Of a stretch of 64,000 nucleotides of DNA, positions 36,651-45,779 are shown in pieces. This stretch comes from Dehalococcoidia bacterium (GTDB lineage: Bacteria; Chloroflexota; Dehalococcoidia; DSTF01; JALHUB01). Below the pieces are notes generated by a model. It worked only from the letters and a program-made list of their open reading frames with translations, did not search any database and had not been told where the DNA came from. Position 1 is the stretch's first letter; each line of letters opens with the position of its first letter. The position numbers and the translations under genes are program-made. The stretch lies in assembly GCA_030018455.1 (NCBI GenBank), contig JASEFU010000007.1, positions 27,897 through 91,896 of the forward strand, in the 5' to 3' direction.

Positions 36651-36809
36651 CTTGCAGATCTCGCAGGGTCGCCTCCGGTCATTGGCATTCGCCGTCGGAA
36701 CGCGTGCAAGGGGGACCCTGGTCCTCCCGCCGGCTTTTCCCACCGTGCCGACCTCCTCACGTGCGTCGTCGTTTCTCAAACGCCCCCTTGACGCACGCCC
36801 CGCCTCTGA

Positions 36810-37475
36810 ATGATCGTACAGGGGGAGCAGCAAGTGCTTGAGGAGCCACCCGGCGAAGAAACTCCCGCGGCCACCGGAATCGTCCTTGCCGGCGGCGCCG
36901 GCACCCGCCTCGGCCGCGACAAGGCGTCAGAGCCCCTGCTCGGCAGGCACCTGCTTCAGTGGGTGGTAGACAAGGTCGCAGTGGTAGTGGACGAGATCGT
37001 CGTCGTGACTGCCGCCGGCCAGACGCTGCCCCCTGTCACAACCGCCCGGACGCTGCGCGCAGTCGAGGACGTGCTTCCGGCGAAAGGGCCCCTCGGTGGC
37101 ATCTATAGCGGTCTGCGGGAGGCGCGGCGCGAGCTGGCCCTCGTGACCGGCTGCGACATGCCGTTGCTCTCCGTGCCGCTCCTGCGCGAGCTTCTCCGTC
37201 TGAGCGAGGGCTACGACGTCGTCATGCCGCGACGGCGCGGCCGCACCCAGGCGCTGCACGCCGTGTACCGGCGAAGCTGTCTTAAGCCGATGCGCCGCGA
37301 ACTCGTCGCCGGCCACCTCAAAGTGATCTCATTCCTACCCGCCGTCAGGGTGCGTTACGTCGACGAGGACGTCTGGACGCGTTTCGACCCCGAAGGGCTA
37401 TCCTTCTTCAACATTAATACAGAGGAGGATCTCAGCCGCGCCGCCGCCATGCTGCAGCCGCCTCGACGAGAATGA
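36810..37475 (+). CDS. mobA: Molybdenum cofactor guanylyltransferase MobA
   Basis: 221 aa. GIVLAGGAGTRLGRDKASEPLLGRHLL is the MobA N-terminal nucleotide-binding signature. The function fits the bis-MGD requirement of the FDH. Confidence 0.8.
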   Translation: MIVQGEQQVLEEPPGEETPAATGIVLAGGAGTRLGRDKASEPLLGRHLLQWVVDKVAVVVDEIVVVTAAGQTLPPVTTARTLRAVEDVLPAKGPLGGIYSGLREARRELALVTGCDMPLLSVPLLRELLRLSEGYDVVMPRRRGRTQALHAVYRRSCLKPMRRELVAGHLKVISFLPAVRVRYVDEDVWTRFDPEGLSFFNINTEEDLSRAAAMLQPPRRE

Positions 37476-37512
37476 GAAGTATGCCCCAGCCTTCAGGCTG
37501 AGGTGCCGCGTG

Positions 37513-37911
37513 TTATTCTCCCCCCGGCTCCTTTTCCCGCGTCAGCCGCGACAGCAACTCCAGCAGTTGCCCCCGCACCACCTCACGCTCGACCCCCATC
37601 GGCAGGGCGATGACCGGCACCTTGACCCCGTACAGCGTTTCCACGAGCCGCAAGAAGAGCGCGGGGTCGATGTCGTGCGCGGTCACGCGCGGCGGCAGGC
37701 GCAGCTTCGAGGGGTCGGTGATCAGCGTCACCTCGCTCACCCCCTCCGCTACGTCCATCACGTACAGTTCTTCTTCCAGGTGGTCGATGATCGACTCCGG
37801 CGCTGGTGTGGGGACGAACGTGAAGCCCGGCGCCTCCAGCGATTCGCCGAGCTCGATGGCGAGCGCATCTTCAGGGACGTAGGGGTTTCCGAAGCAGAGG
37901 ACCACGGCCAC
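37513..37911 (-). CDS. Hydrogenase maturation endopeptidase-like protein (HycI/HybD, peptidase A31-like)
   Basis: 132 aa. VVLCFGNPYVPEDALA, VMDVAEG and TAHDIDP resemble the three metal-ligand regions (E/D, D, H) of HybD/HycI. The assignment is from motif memory only. Its ATG lies 3 nt after the acyl-CoA dehydrogenase stop. Confidence 0.5.
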   Translation of the reverse strand: MAVVLCFGNPYVPEDALAIELGESLEAPGFTFVPTPAPESIIDHLEEELYVMDVAEGVSEVTLITDPSKLRLPPRVTAHDIDPALFLRLVETLYGVKVPVIALPMGVEREVVRGQLLELLSRLTREKEPGGE

Positions 37912-37913
37912 CG

Positions 37914-39110
37914 TCAGCCTCGGGGCATGTCCAGCGCCCGTCGGGCTATGATGTCGCGTTGCACTTCCGACGCGCCCGCCCCGATCGTAGCCTGCACGGC
38001 ATCGAGGTACCCGTGGCCGACCGCGCCCCCCAGCACTGTCCGCGCCGAATCGGGCAGCAGCCCTCCGTACAGGCCGAGCATGTCGATGGCGACATTGTAC
38101 AGCCGCTGGCTCAGTTCCGTGTTGAACATCTTGACCATCGCCGATTCGTAGGTCAGCGGCTGCCCGCGGCTGCGCATCAGTCCTGCGCGATAGCTCAGGA
38201 GCCGCGCCACCTCGAACTCGATGGCAAGCTGCGCCAGCTTCTGCCGCACCGCCGCGCTACCGAAGAGCGGCCTACCGCCCTTCTTTACCCGTCGCGCGTA
38301 CTCCACAACCGTTTGCAGGAGCCGGAACTGGCTGCGGCAATGGTACAGCGAGAAGCGCTCGGCGGAGAGCGCCGTCGTCACAATCTGCCATCCCTGGTTC
38401 TCGCCCCCCACCAGGTTGAGCCGGGAGACCCGCACGTCCTCGAAGAAGACCTCATTGAACCAGGCGACGCCGAGCATGTTGGCAAGCGGCCGCACCGTCA
38501 CGCCCGGCGAGTCCATCGGCACCATGAACAGCGACAGCCCGCGGTGCTTCGCCGCTTCGGGATCGGTACGCGCGAGGAGCCAGCAGTATTCGCTCGCGTC
38601 AGCGCCGCTGGTATAGATCTTGCTGCCGCTGATCACGTACTCGTCGCCTTCAGCCACCGCCCGCGTCCGCAACGACGCCAGGTCGGAGCCGGCTTCAGGC
38701 TCGGTGTAGCCCAGGCAGAACGTTATCTCGCCTTTCGCCAAGCGCGGAAGGAACTCCTGCTTCTGCCGCTCCGTGCCGTACGCGAGCAGCGTGGGTGCCA
38801 CTATCGTCCGGCCCATGCCCTCGCTGGCGGGGATGTTGTGGTACGCCAGCTCCTCATCGACGATCATCTGATAGATGAAGGGCTTGCCCCCGCCGCCGTA
38901 CTCGACCGGCCAGCTTACGGCCAGCCAGCCCTTCGCCCCCAGCTTCAGCTCGTCGGCCCGTGACGGCATGTAGCCGGGCGTTATCGGCGGCGGAGCGTCG
39001 ATGCGAGAGCCGTCGGGCAACGTGGCGGCCCGCGGCGGCCACTCCCGTTCGAGGAACGCGCGCACCTCACGCCGGAACGCCTCTTCCTCCGGCGATAAGC
39101 GAAAGTCCAT
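37914..39110 (-). CDS. Acyl-CoA dehydrogenase
   Basis: 398 aa with the three-domain ACAD pattern. It contains GYTEPEAGSDLASL, and the C-terminal IGAGASEVQRDIIARRAL resembles the GGTSEIxRxII motif. Confidence 0.85.
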   Translation of the reverse strand: MDFRLSPEEEAFRREVRAFLEREWPPRAATLPDGSRIDAPPPITPGYMPSRADELKLGAKGWLAVSWPVEYGGGGKPFIYQMIVDEELAYHNIPASEGMGRTIVAPTLLAYGTERQKQEFLPRLAKGEITFCLGYTEPEAGSDLASLRTRAVAEGDEYVISGSKIYTSGADASEYCWLLARTDPEAAKHRGLSLFMVPMDSPGVTVRPLANMLGVAWFNEVFFEDVRVSRLNLVGGENQGWQIVTTALSAERFSLYHCRSQFRLLQTVVEYARRVKKGGRPLFGSAAVRQKLAQLAIEFEVARLLSYRAGLMRSRGQPLTYESAMVKMFNTELSQRLYNVAIDMLGLYGGLLPDSARTVLGGAVGHGYLDAVQATIGAGASEVQRDIIARRALDMPRG

Positions 39111-39116
39111 TCGCTG

Positions 39117-39581
39117 CTACTCCTCCGCAGGCGCCTTGTCCTGCGGCACGAATACCACGTCGTTCGGCGTCCAGTCGACCAGCCGGCGGAACTTGGCCCG
39201 CACCGGCATGCCGATGTAGACCTCTTCCGGCTTGCAGCCCGTCACGCGCGACAGGAACACCGTGTCGATGCCTTCCAGCTCGATGTACGCGAGCACGAAC
39301 GGCACTTCGCTGAGGAAGGCCTCGGCGGCGAAGTGAAGTATCGAGTAGCTGTGGACCTTTCCCTCCTGCGGCGCCTCGAACCACTCCGTTTTCGCCCCGC
39401 AGGCGCCGCAGTCGCGGCGGGGCGGCAGCCAGGTGCGGCCGCAGCTCAGGCAGCGTGTCGCAAGCAGTTTCCGGCGCTGCAACCCGAGGAAGAAATCGCT
39501 CACCTCGCCGTAGCTGTGGATGTAGTCGATCTCGTAATGTCGAGCGACCTGCAACGGGTTTGTGTTGTACACATGCGTCAT
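39117..39581 (-). CDS. DUF35 Zn-ribbon/OB-fold protein (thiolase partner subunit)
   Basis: Track ORF 39117..39770. I prefer ATG 39581 (MTHVYNTNPLQV...). The rubredoxin-like zinc ribbon is CLSCGRTWLPPRRDCGACG, followed by an OB-fold segment. It lies directly downstream of a thiolase-like gene. Confidence 0.75.
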   Translation of the reverse strand: MTHVYNTNPLQVARHYEIDYIHSYGEVSDFFLGLQRRKLLATRCLSCGRTWLPPRRDCGACGAKTEWFEAPQEGKVHSYSILHFAAEAFLSEVPFVLAYIELEGIDTVFLSRVTGCKPEEVYIGMPVRAKFRRLVDWTPNDVVFVPQDKAPAEE

Positions 39582-39595
39582 GTCGTCCCCCGAAT

Positions 39596-40897
39596 CTACT
39601 TCTCGGCGGCAACTTCGGGCCGTTCGAGGATATTGACCGTGATGTAGGTGCCGGTGCCGGCGTGGCTGTGGATGAGGCCCCGCTTCGCGTCCTTCACCTG
39701 GATGTTGGCGCCGTCGATTCCGGCGGCCGGGTCGCTGCAGTGCTCGGCCATCCTGCCCTGGAGCTGCCACAACGCGAAGACGCCCTGCATGATGCCGGTT
39801 GCTCCGACAGGGTGGCCACAGGCGAGGAGTCCGCCGGAGGGGTTCACCGGCATCTTCCCGTTGACATAAGGATGCCCTTCCTCGATGAAGCGGCCGCCCT
39901 CGCCGTAGAGCGCGAAGCCCATGTCCTCGTACGTTTGCAGCTCGCTCGAGGCGTAGGCGTCGTGCACCTCTGCGAAGTCGAGCTGCTCGACGGGATTCGT
40001 GATGTTTGCCTGCTTGTAGGCCTGGCGCGCCGCCTCGCGTCCTCCCCGGAACGATGCGATGCCCGGCCAGCGGCCCTTGAGATAGTCGTACTTGCCCGGC
40101 GGATCGCCCGGCAGGGGGATAACGTCGCCGCGCGGCCTGTCGCCCAGGCGCATCGTGTCCGTCCCGCAGCCCAGGCCGGTGATAACGGCGTAGTCGCCAT
40201 TAGGGCGCAGCCGCTTTGCCCACTCCTCTGTGCAGAGGATGAGGCACGCCGCCCCGTCGCTCATCACGCACACCATCGGCCGCGTGAGGGGCGTCGATAT
40301 GATGGGCGCGTTCATCACCTCCTCGACCGTCCAGCGCTCATGCTTCTGGGCCCAGCGGTTGTGGAAGGCGTTGTCGTAGTTCTTGACCGCGATCTTCGCC
40401 ATCTGGAGCGTCGTCGTCCCGAACTCGTGCATGTGACGCTGCGCCATCGTCGCGTAGTAGCCGGAGTAATAGCCGCCGACCGGAAAGTCGAAGTCGGTGT
40501 CGGAGGCGAGGGCGATGAACTCGTTCCCTTTCGCCGTGCTGACTTCGCTCATCTTCTCGAACCCGTAGACCAGGCAGAGGTCCGACAGGCCGGAAGCGAC
40601 GTCCATATAACCGGCGCGGATGCCCAGCCCGCCCGTCGCCCCGCCGCCTTCGATGCGCATCGAGGGACGCGGGCACATCGCCAGGTAGTCCTGCGTCAGC
40701 GAATCGAACAGGAGCTGGCTGTTGAAGTGATCGGAGAAGTAAGTGCAGATGGTCGTCTGTATGTCCCTCAGCTCCAGGCGACCATTCAGGTCGTTGAGGG
40801 CGTAGTCGAGCGCGTCCTTGCACATCGCTTCCTGGGTCAACAGATTGGCCTTGGCGAACTTGGTGATGCCGCCGGAGACAATACATACCCTTCTCAC
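39596..40897 (-). CDS. Thiolase-like protein, SCP-x/non-specific lipid-transfer-type (pairs with DUF35)
   Basis: Track ORF 39596..41053. I prefer GTG 40897 (VRRVCIVSGGITKFAK...), which lies 9 nt after GGAAGGAGG. It ends with a thiolase-fold C-terminal region (GGLLACGHPVGATGIMQ). Confidence 0.75.
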   Translation of the reverse strand: MRRVCIVSGGITKFAKANLLTQEAMCKDALDYALNDLNGRLELRDIQTTICTYFSDHFNSQLLFDSLTQDYLAMCPRPSMRIEGGGATGGLGIRAGYMDVASGLSDLCLVYGFEKMSEVSTAKGNEFIALASDTDFDFPVGGYYSGYYATMAQRHMHEFGTTTLQMAKIAVKNYDNAFHNRWAQKHERWTVEEVMNAPIISTPLTRPMVCVMSDGAACLILCTEEWAKRLRPNGDYAVITGLGCGTDTMRLGDRPRGDVIPLPGDPPGKYDYLKGRWPGIASFRGGREAARQAYKQANITNPVEQLDFAEVHDAYASSELQTYEDMGFALYGEGGRFIEEGHPYVNGKMPVNPSGGLLACGHPVGATGIMQGVFALWQLQGRMAEHCSDPAAGIDGANIQVKDAKRGLIHSHAGTGTYITVNILERPEVAAEK

Positions 40898-41174
40898 AGC
40901 GCTTGCCGACCTCCTTCCTGAATAGCCGCGTGTCGATGAAATGGGCAGCCGCGCGCGCCGCGCCCGGCCTGAGTTGCGCGCCCATATTACTGTCGTATCG
41001 GCAATGAGAACAAGGGTCGGCTGAGGCGGTCGGGTAGGGCCTGTGGTCCGCATGTCCGAGACCGCGATACGGGGCCAAACGCTGGAGGGTGAAGACAGGT
41101 GCAGCGGGCTTCAGCCCGCGGGGCAGCCTTCCGCGCTCGCATGAGGGGCGGCGGAGTCCCAGAGACGCGGTTGA

Positions 41175-42068
41175 CTAGCCGAATGCCTCCAGTTCGAGGC
41201 TGATGTCGAGCGCGGGCGCCGAGTGCGTGATCGCCCCCACGGAGATGAAGTCGACGCCGGTCTCCGCCACCGCCCGCACCGTCTCCAACATTATCCCGCC
41301 CGACGCCTCCGTTAGGGCCCGCCCGCGGCTCATCTCGACCACGCGGCGCATCTCGTCCAGCCCCATGTTGTCGAGCAGGAGCATGTCCGCGCCGGCGTCG
41401 AGGGCTTCCCGCGCCTCCTCCTCTGATGTTACCTCCACCTCGATGCCGCGCCTGCCGTCGGGGAGGCGCGCATCGGGGGCCTTCTCGCGCAGCCGTTCGA
41501 TCACGCCACAAGCGTCGCTACCCTGTGCTCTCGCCGCCCGCCAGTGATTGTCCTTCACGAGGACGCCTTCCGCCAGGTCGCGGCGATGGTTATGCCCCCC
41601 GCCGGCGCGCACGGCGTACTTCTCCAGTGTCCGCAGGCCGGGCGTCGTCTTCCGCGTGTCAAGGATGCGTGCAGGCAAGTCCCCGACGGCATCGACGAGG
41701 CGGGTGGTGGCGGTAGCGACGCCGGAAAGCCGTTGCAGAAAGTTGAGGGCGACGCGCTCCCCGCTGAGGATGGACGCGACGCGCCCGCTCACGACGGCCA
41801 GCGTTTTGCCTGCGGAGACGCGCGCCCCGTCTTCGACCTGCGGCTCGAACGCGAGGGCGGCGTCAACGGCGCGGAAGACGGCGGCGGCGACCGGCAGCCC
41901 GGCGACGACCCCCGCCTGCTTGGCGACAATCGTCGCGCTGCCTGTGAGGTCGGGCGGTACGAGCGCCTGCGTCGTCACGTCGCGACCGGCGGCGTCCTCG
42001 TCGAGAGCGGCGCGCGCCAGATGCGCCAGGTACGCCTCGTCAAGGGGGGGAAGCGCTTCTCTAGCCAT
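41175..42068 (-). CDS. nadC: Nicotinate-nucleotide pyrophosphorylase (quinolinate phosphoribosyltransferase)
   Basis: 297 aa. It contains ILDTRKTTPGLR, GGGHNHR, VLVKDNH, IEVEV, MLLDNM and EASGGI. Confidence 0.9.
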   Translation of the reverse strand: MAREALPPLDEAYLAHLARAALDEDAAGRDVTTQALVPPDLTGSATIVAKQAGVVAGLPVAAAVFRAVDAALAFEPQVEDGARVSAGKTLAVVSGRVASILSGERVALNFLQRLSGVATATTRLVDAVGDLPARILDTRKTTPGLRTLEKYAVRAGGGHNHRRDLAEGVLVKDNHWRAARAQGSDACGVIERLREKAPDARLPDGRRGIEVEVTSEEEAREALDAGADMLLLDNMGLDEMRRVVEMSRGRALTEASGGIMLETVRAVAETGVDFISVGAITHSAPALDISLELEAFG

Positions 42069-43668
42069 CTTTCCTGAAGACGATGTGGCGGCGCCAGCAG
42101 TCCCGCGGCTCGGGGAAGTCGGTGCGGTAGTGGGCGCCGCGGCTCTCTTCCCGCAGGAGCGCCGCTTCGGTGACGAGACGACCCGCCAGCAGCAAGTTCG
42201 CCAGCTCGTGCGACGGCCGGTCGGCGGGAGGCGCCAGCGATGCCGCCCAAGCGGAAAGCGTCGCCCTCGCGCGCCGCAGCGACTCCTCGCATCGCACGAT
42301 GCCCACGTCTTCCCACATAAGCGCCTGCAACCGCGAGCGGTCCAGCCGCGGCGGCTCGCCGGGCTCCGGAGTCGGAAGCGTGGCCGTCTCCTCGGGCAGG
42401 AGCTGTTCTCCGTTCCGTGGTTCCGCGGGCGCTTCCGCCATGAGCGTCCGCTCCACGGCCCGCTTCGCGAAGACGACCGTCTCCAGCAGCGAGTTGCTGG
42501 CGAGCCGGTTCGCGCCGTGGACGCCCGTGCAGGCGACCTCGCCGCATGCGTAGAGGCCGCGCAGGTTCGTCTCGCCCCAGGTGTTCGTGCGGACGCCGCC
42601 CATCATGTAGTGGGCGGCGGGCGACACCGGTATCGGCTCCTTCGTGATGTCGAGGCCGCGCTCGTGGCAGAAGCGGTAGATTTGGGGGAAGCGCGAGCTT
42701 ACCTTCTGCGGCGGCAGGTGCGTCACGTCAAGGAAGACGTGGTCGCTGCCGTCATGCGTGAGCTCTCTGAGGATCGCCCTCGCCACGATGTCGCGGGGCG
42801 CAAGGTCTTTCTGCGGGTGGTACTTCGCCATGAAGGGCTCGCCCTGCCGGTTGCGCAGGACACCGCCCTCGCCGCGCACCGCCTCGGAGATGAGGAACGG
42901 CGGCACGCCCGGCATCCGCAGGGCCGTTGGGTGGAACTGGATGAATTCCATGTCGGTGATTTCGGCGCCCGCCCTGTAGGCCAGCGCCACGCCGTCTGCC
43001 GTGGCGACGTCCGGGTTCGTGCTCACCTTGTAGAGATGGCCGCAGCCGCCCGTCGCCAGGATGAGATGGCGGCACTCGAACTCCTGACGGCTGTGCGTCC
43101 GCGCGTCCAGCGCCCGCACTCCCCGCACGCAGCCGTCCTCGAGCAGGATCTCCTCCGCCAGGCAGTACTCGAGGACGGTGATGCGCGACATCCGCGCCAG
43201 GCTGCTCAGCGACAGCTCGATGTGCGCGCCCGTGGAGTCGCCACCGGCGTGGAGCACCCGTGCCCGGCTGTGCGCACCCTCGCGGCCGAGCGCCACCTCG
43301 CCGTCGACGCTGTCAAACGGCACGCCGAAGCGCACGAGGTCGGCGATGCGGTCAGTCGCCTCCTCCGTCAGGATGCGGGCCGCCTCCTCGTTTACGAGAC
43401 CCGCGCCGGCGGCGATCGTGTCCTGGAGGTGGAGCGCGGGCGAGTCATCGATGCCCACGGGGGCGGCTATTCCGCCCTGCGCGTGCTTCGTGTTGCACTC
43501 GTCGATCGAGCCTTTCGTAACGATGAGCACGCTACCGTGGTCGCGGGCAGTGAGCGCCGCGAAGAGCCCGGCGATACCGGAGCCTATGATGACGTAGTCG
43601 TAAGCGGGCAACATACTCTCCGCGCGGCGCCCATACTGCGGACATCGCTCCACGTCGGCGCCAAACAT
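42061..43668 (-). CDS. nadB: L-aspartate oxidase
   Basis: 535 aa. It has the FAD motif DYVIIGSGIAGL plus HAQGGIAA, HPTAL and GANRLASNSLLE. It overlaps nadC by 8 nt. Confidence 0.9.
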   Translation of the reverse strand: MFGADVERCPQYGRRAESMLPAYDYVIIGSGIAGLFAALTARDHGSVLIVTKGSIDECNTKHAQGGIAAPVGIDDSPALHLQDTIAAGAGLVNEEAARILTEEATDRIADLVRFGVPFDSVDGEVALGREGAHSRARVLHAGGDSTGAHIELSLSSLARMSRITVLEYCLAEEILLEDGCVRGVRALDARTHSRQEFECRHLILATGGCGHLYKVSTNPDVATADGVALAYRAGAEITDMEFIQFHPTALRMPGVPPFLISEAVRGEGGVLRNRQGEPFMAKYHPQKDLAPRDIVARAILRELTHDGSDHVFLDVTHLPPQKVSSRFPQIYRFCHERGLDITKEPIPVSPAAHYMMGGVRTNTWGETNLRGLYACGEVACTGVHGANRLASNSLLETVVFAKRAVERTLMAEAPAEPRNGEQLLPEETATLPTPEPGEPPRLDRSRLQALMWEDVGIVRCEESLRRARATLSAWAASLAPPADRPSHELANLLLAGRLVTEAALLREESRGAHYRTDFPEPRDCWRRHIVFRKDG

Positions 43669-43699
43669 TCCCCGGCCGGTGCGGACTTCGAATCCGGCC

Positions 43700-44890
43700 T
43701 CACGCTATCGATAGCATGCGGTCGAGAGCCAGCTTCGCCCAGCGCGCCGTCTCCGGCTCCACCGTCACGCGGTTCACGACTTCGCCCGCGACCAGGCGCT
43801 CGAGCACCCAGCACAAATACGCGGGGTGAATACGGTACATCGTCGAGCAGGGGCAGGGATCGGGATCGAGGGAGAAGACAGTCTTGTCGCGGTTCTCCTG
43901 GGCCAGCCGGCGCACCATGTTGATCTCGGTGCCCACTGCCCAGCGGCTGCCGGATGGCGACTCTTCGACGGCGCGGATGATCTGCTCGGTCGAGCCACAG
44001 AAGTCGGCCGCCTGTATCACGTCCAACCGGCACTCGGGGTGGACGGCTACCCGCACCTCCGGGTCGCGCTCGCGCGCCTGCCGTACCTGTTCCACGGTGA
44101 AGCGCTGGTGGACGCCGCAGTACCCCTTCCACAGGACCATGCGGCTTTCCCGCAGCCGCTCCGCTTCGTTGCCACCGAGACTCCCCTTCGGGCGGAAGTA
44201 GTCCCAGACGGGCATGGCCTCGAGGGGGATGCCGGCGCTGACGCCGGTGTAGCGGCCAAGGTGCTCGTCGGGGAAGAAGAAGACGCGCTTCTTCTGCTGG
44301 AAGGCCCAGCGGACGACCGCGCGCGCGTTGGTCGACGTGCAGACGATACCGTCACGCTGCCCGCAGAACGCCTTGAGCGACGCCGCCGAGTTAATGTAAG
44401 TGACGGGCACCGTCTCTCCGGCGATGCCCAGCTCCTCCAGCTCTCGCCAACAGGAGAGGACGTCTTCGGGGGCGGCCATATCGGCCATGGAGCAGCCGGC
44501 CGCCATGTTGGGGAGCATCACCGCCTGGCGGGGCGCCGTCAGGATATCGGCGCTTTCTGCCATGAAATGAACGCCGCAAAAGACGATGAACTCCGCCTCG
44601 GACTGTCGCGCTGCCCACTGCGCCAGCTTCAGCGAATCGCCGCGGACATCGGCGAAGCGTATGATATCGTCGCGCTGATAGTGGTGCCCGGGGACTGCGG
44701 CCCTCGGTCCCAGCGCCCGTCGCGCCGCCGCGATACGCTCGCGGAGCTCGTCGGCTTCCAGCGGCCAGTACTCCTCAGGGATGTCCTGCTGCCAGAAAGC
44801 GAACGACCGCTCCTCCCCCAGGGGAACGGTCGCCGGGACGTTTTCGCAGGCCGCAGCAGTATCGGGGTGGAAAAGCGCTTCCTTTACCAT
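43700..44890 (-). CDS. nadA: Quinolinate synthase
   Basis: 396 aa. It contains FCGVHFMAESA, NMAAGCSMADMA, CTSTNA, GYCGVHQRF and VHPEC. It is the first gene of nadA-nadB-nadC. Confidence 0.9.
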   Translation of the reverse strand: MVKEALFHPDTAAACENVPATVPLGEERSFAFWQQDIPEEYWPLEADELRERIAAARRALGPRAAVPGHHYQRDDIIRFADVRGDSLKLAQWAARQSEAEFIVFCGVHFMAESADILTAPRQAVMLPNMAAGCSMADMAAPEDVLSCWRELEELGIAGETVPVTYINSAASLKAFCGQRDGIVCTSTNARAVVRWAFQQKKRVFFFPDEHLGRYTGVSAGIPLEAMPVWDYFRPKGSLGGNEAERLRESRMVLWKGYCGVHQRFTVEQVRQARERDPEVRVAVHPECRLDVIQAADFCGSTEQIIRAVEESPSGSRWAVGTEINMVRRLAQENRDKTVFSLDPDPCPCSTMYRIHPAYLCWVLERLVAGEVVNRVTVEPETARWAKLALDRMLSIA

Positions 44891-44928
44891 CGGGCGGCTC
44901 CTCTCACTTCCCTACGGCAGCGGGGTGG

Positions 44929-44977
44929 TTAGTGTCTCTAGTACACTAACGCTAACACACGTTCCTTCTGTTGTCAA
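44929..44977 (-). promoter_or_regulatory. Candidate nadA promoter (TTGACA-17 nt-TAGCGT) overlapped by a 21-bp palindrome (candidate NrtR operator)
   Basis: On the minus strand the -35 TTGACA is at 44977-44972 and the -10 TAGCGT at 44954-44949. The palindrome TTAGTGT-N7-ACACTAA spans 44929-44949, abuts the -10, and lies 39-59 nt upstream of the nadA ATG. Confidence 0.55.
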
Positions 44978-45113
44978 GGGCGCCGGACGGGAAATCGCGG
45001 TTCTTCTTGTGGATCCCTGATTCGTCGGTTACATGCTGTGGGAGCGCGGCCCGCTGAACACCATGACGTAGTCACCCAGCGTCGCGACGGCGCAGGCTCA
45101 CGGATCGGGGAGG

Positions 45114-45779
45114 TCAGACCGTTTGCGGCCGGCGCGAGGAGAACGTGTAGAGCTTGGCCGGACGGTGCGCTCCGAAGACCACTGTCTTCTCGGTCGGCTG
45201 CACGATCCCCAGCGATAGGATGCGCTTTCGGAAGTTCCGCTTGTCCAGCTTCCGGCCCAGTATCGACTCGTAGACCGACTGGAGCTGGCTCATCGTGAAG
45301 AAGGGTGGCAGAAGGCTGTACGCCACGTTCGTGTACTCCAGCTTGTAGCGCAGCCGCGTCAGCGCGTAGTCGAGCACCGTCTTGTTCTCGAAGGCAAGGT
45401 CGGGCAGTTCCTTGAGGGAGAACCAGGCGGTGGGCCAGTCCTCGCGGGCGGGCAGTGAAACGCTGTCGTAGGGGACGAGCGCGAAGTAGCCGATAGCGAT
45501 GGCGCCGTCCCGCGCGCTCCGGTCGAGTTCGCCGAAGGTGTAGAGCTGCTCCAGGTAAACGTCGCTGACCCCCGTCTCCTCGACGAGCTTGCGCGCCGCC
45601 GCCGCGTCCAGCGTCTCGCCGGGCTGAAGACGTCCGCCCGGTATTGCCCACCAGCCGCGGAACGGCTCCACGCCGCGTCGGATGAGCAGCACCTTCAGGT
45701 CTTCGTCCTTCACGGTGAAGATGACGACGAAGACGGCGACAATGGGCTGCGCCCCATCCGCTTTGCTTCTCGGGGTCAC
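45114..45779 (-). CDS. nrtR: NrtR-type Nudix-related transcriptional regulator of NAD metabolism
   Basis: Track ORF 45114..45917. I prefer GTG 45779, which overlaps the miaB stop as GTGA. The Nudix fold shows WAIPGGRLQPGETLDAAAARKLVEETGV. A C-terminal winged-helix segment (FTMSQLQSVYESILGRKLDKRNFRKRI) follows. The gene lies next to nadABC. Confidence 0.75.
   Translation of the reverse strand: MTPRSKADGAQPIVAVFVVIFTVKDEDLKVLLIRRGVEPFRGWWAIPGGRLQPGETLDAAAARKLVEETGVSDVYLEQLYTFGELDRSARDGAIAIGYFALVPYDSVSLPAREDWPTAWFSLKELPDLAFENKTVLDYALTRLRYKLEYTNVAYSLLPPFFTMSQLQSVYESILGRKLDKRNFRKRILSLGIVQPTEKTVVFGAHRPAKLYTFSSRRPQTV

Noticed and set aside
41548-43923. 791-aa plus-strand ORF, the longest non-annotated ORF in the track
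   Set aside because: It lies entirely antisense to nadC/nadB/nadA, which carry clear catalytic motifs. Its product is an Arg/Ala/Pro-rich low-complexity string, typical of antisense frames in GC-rich DNA.
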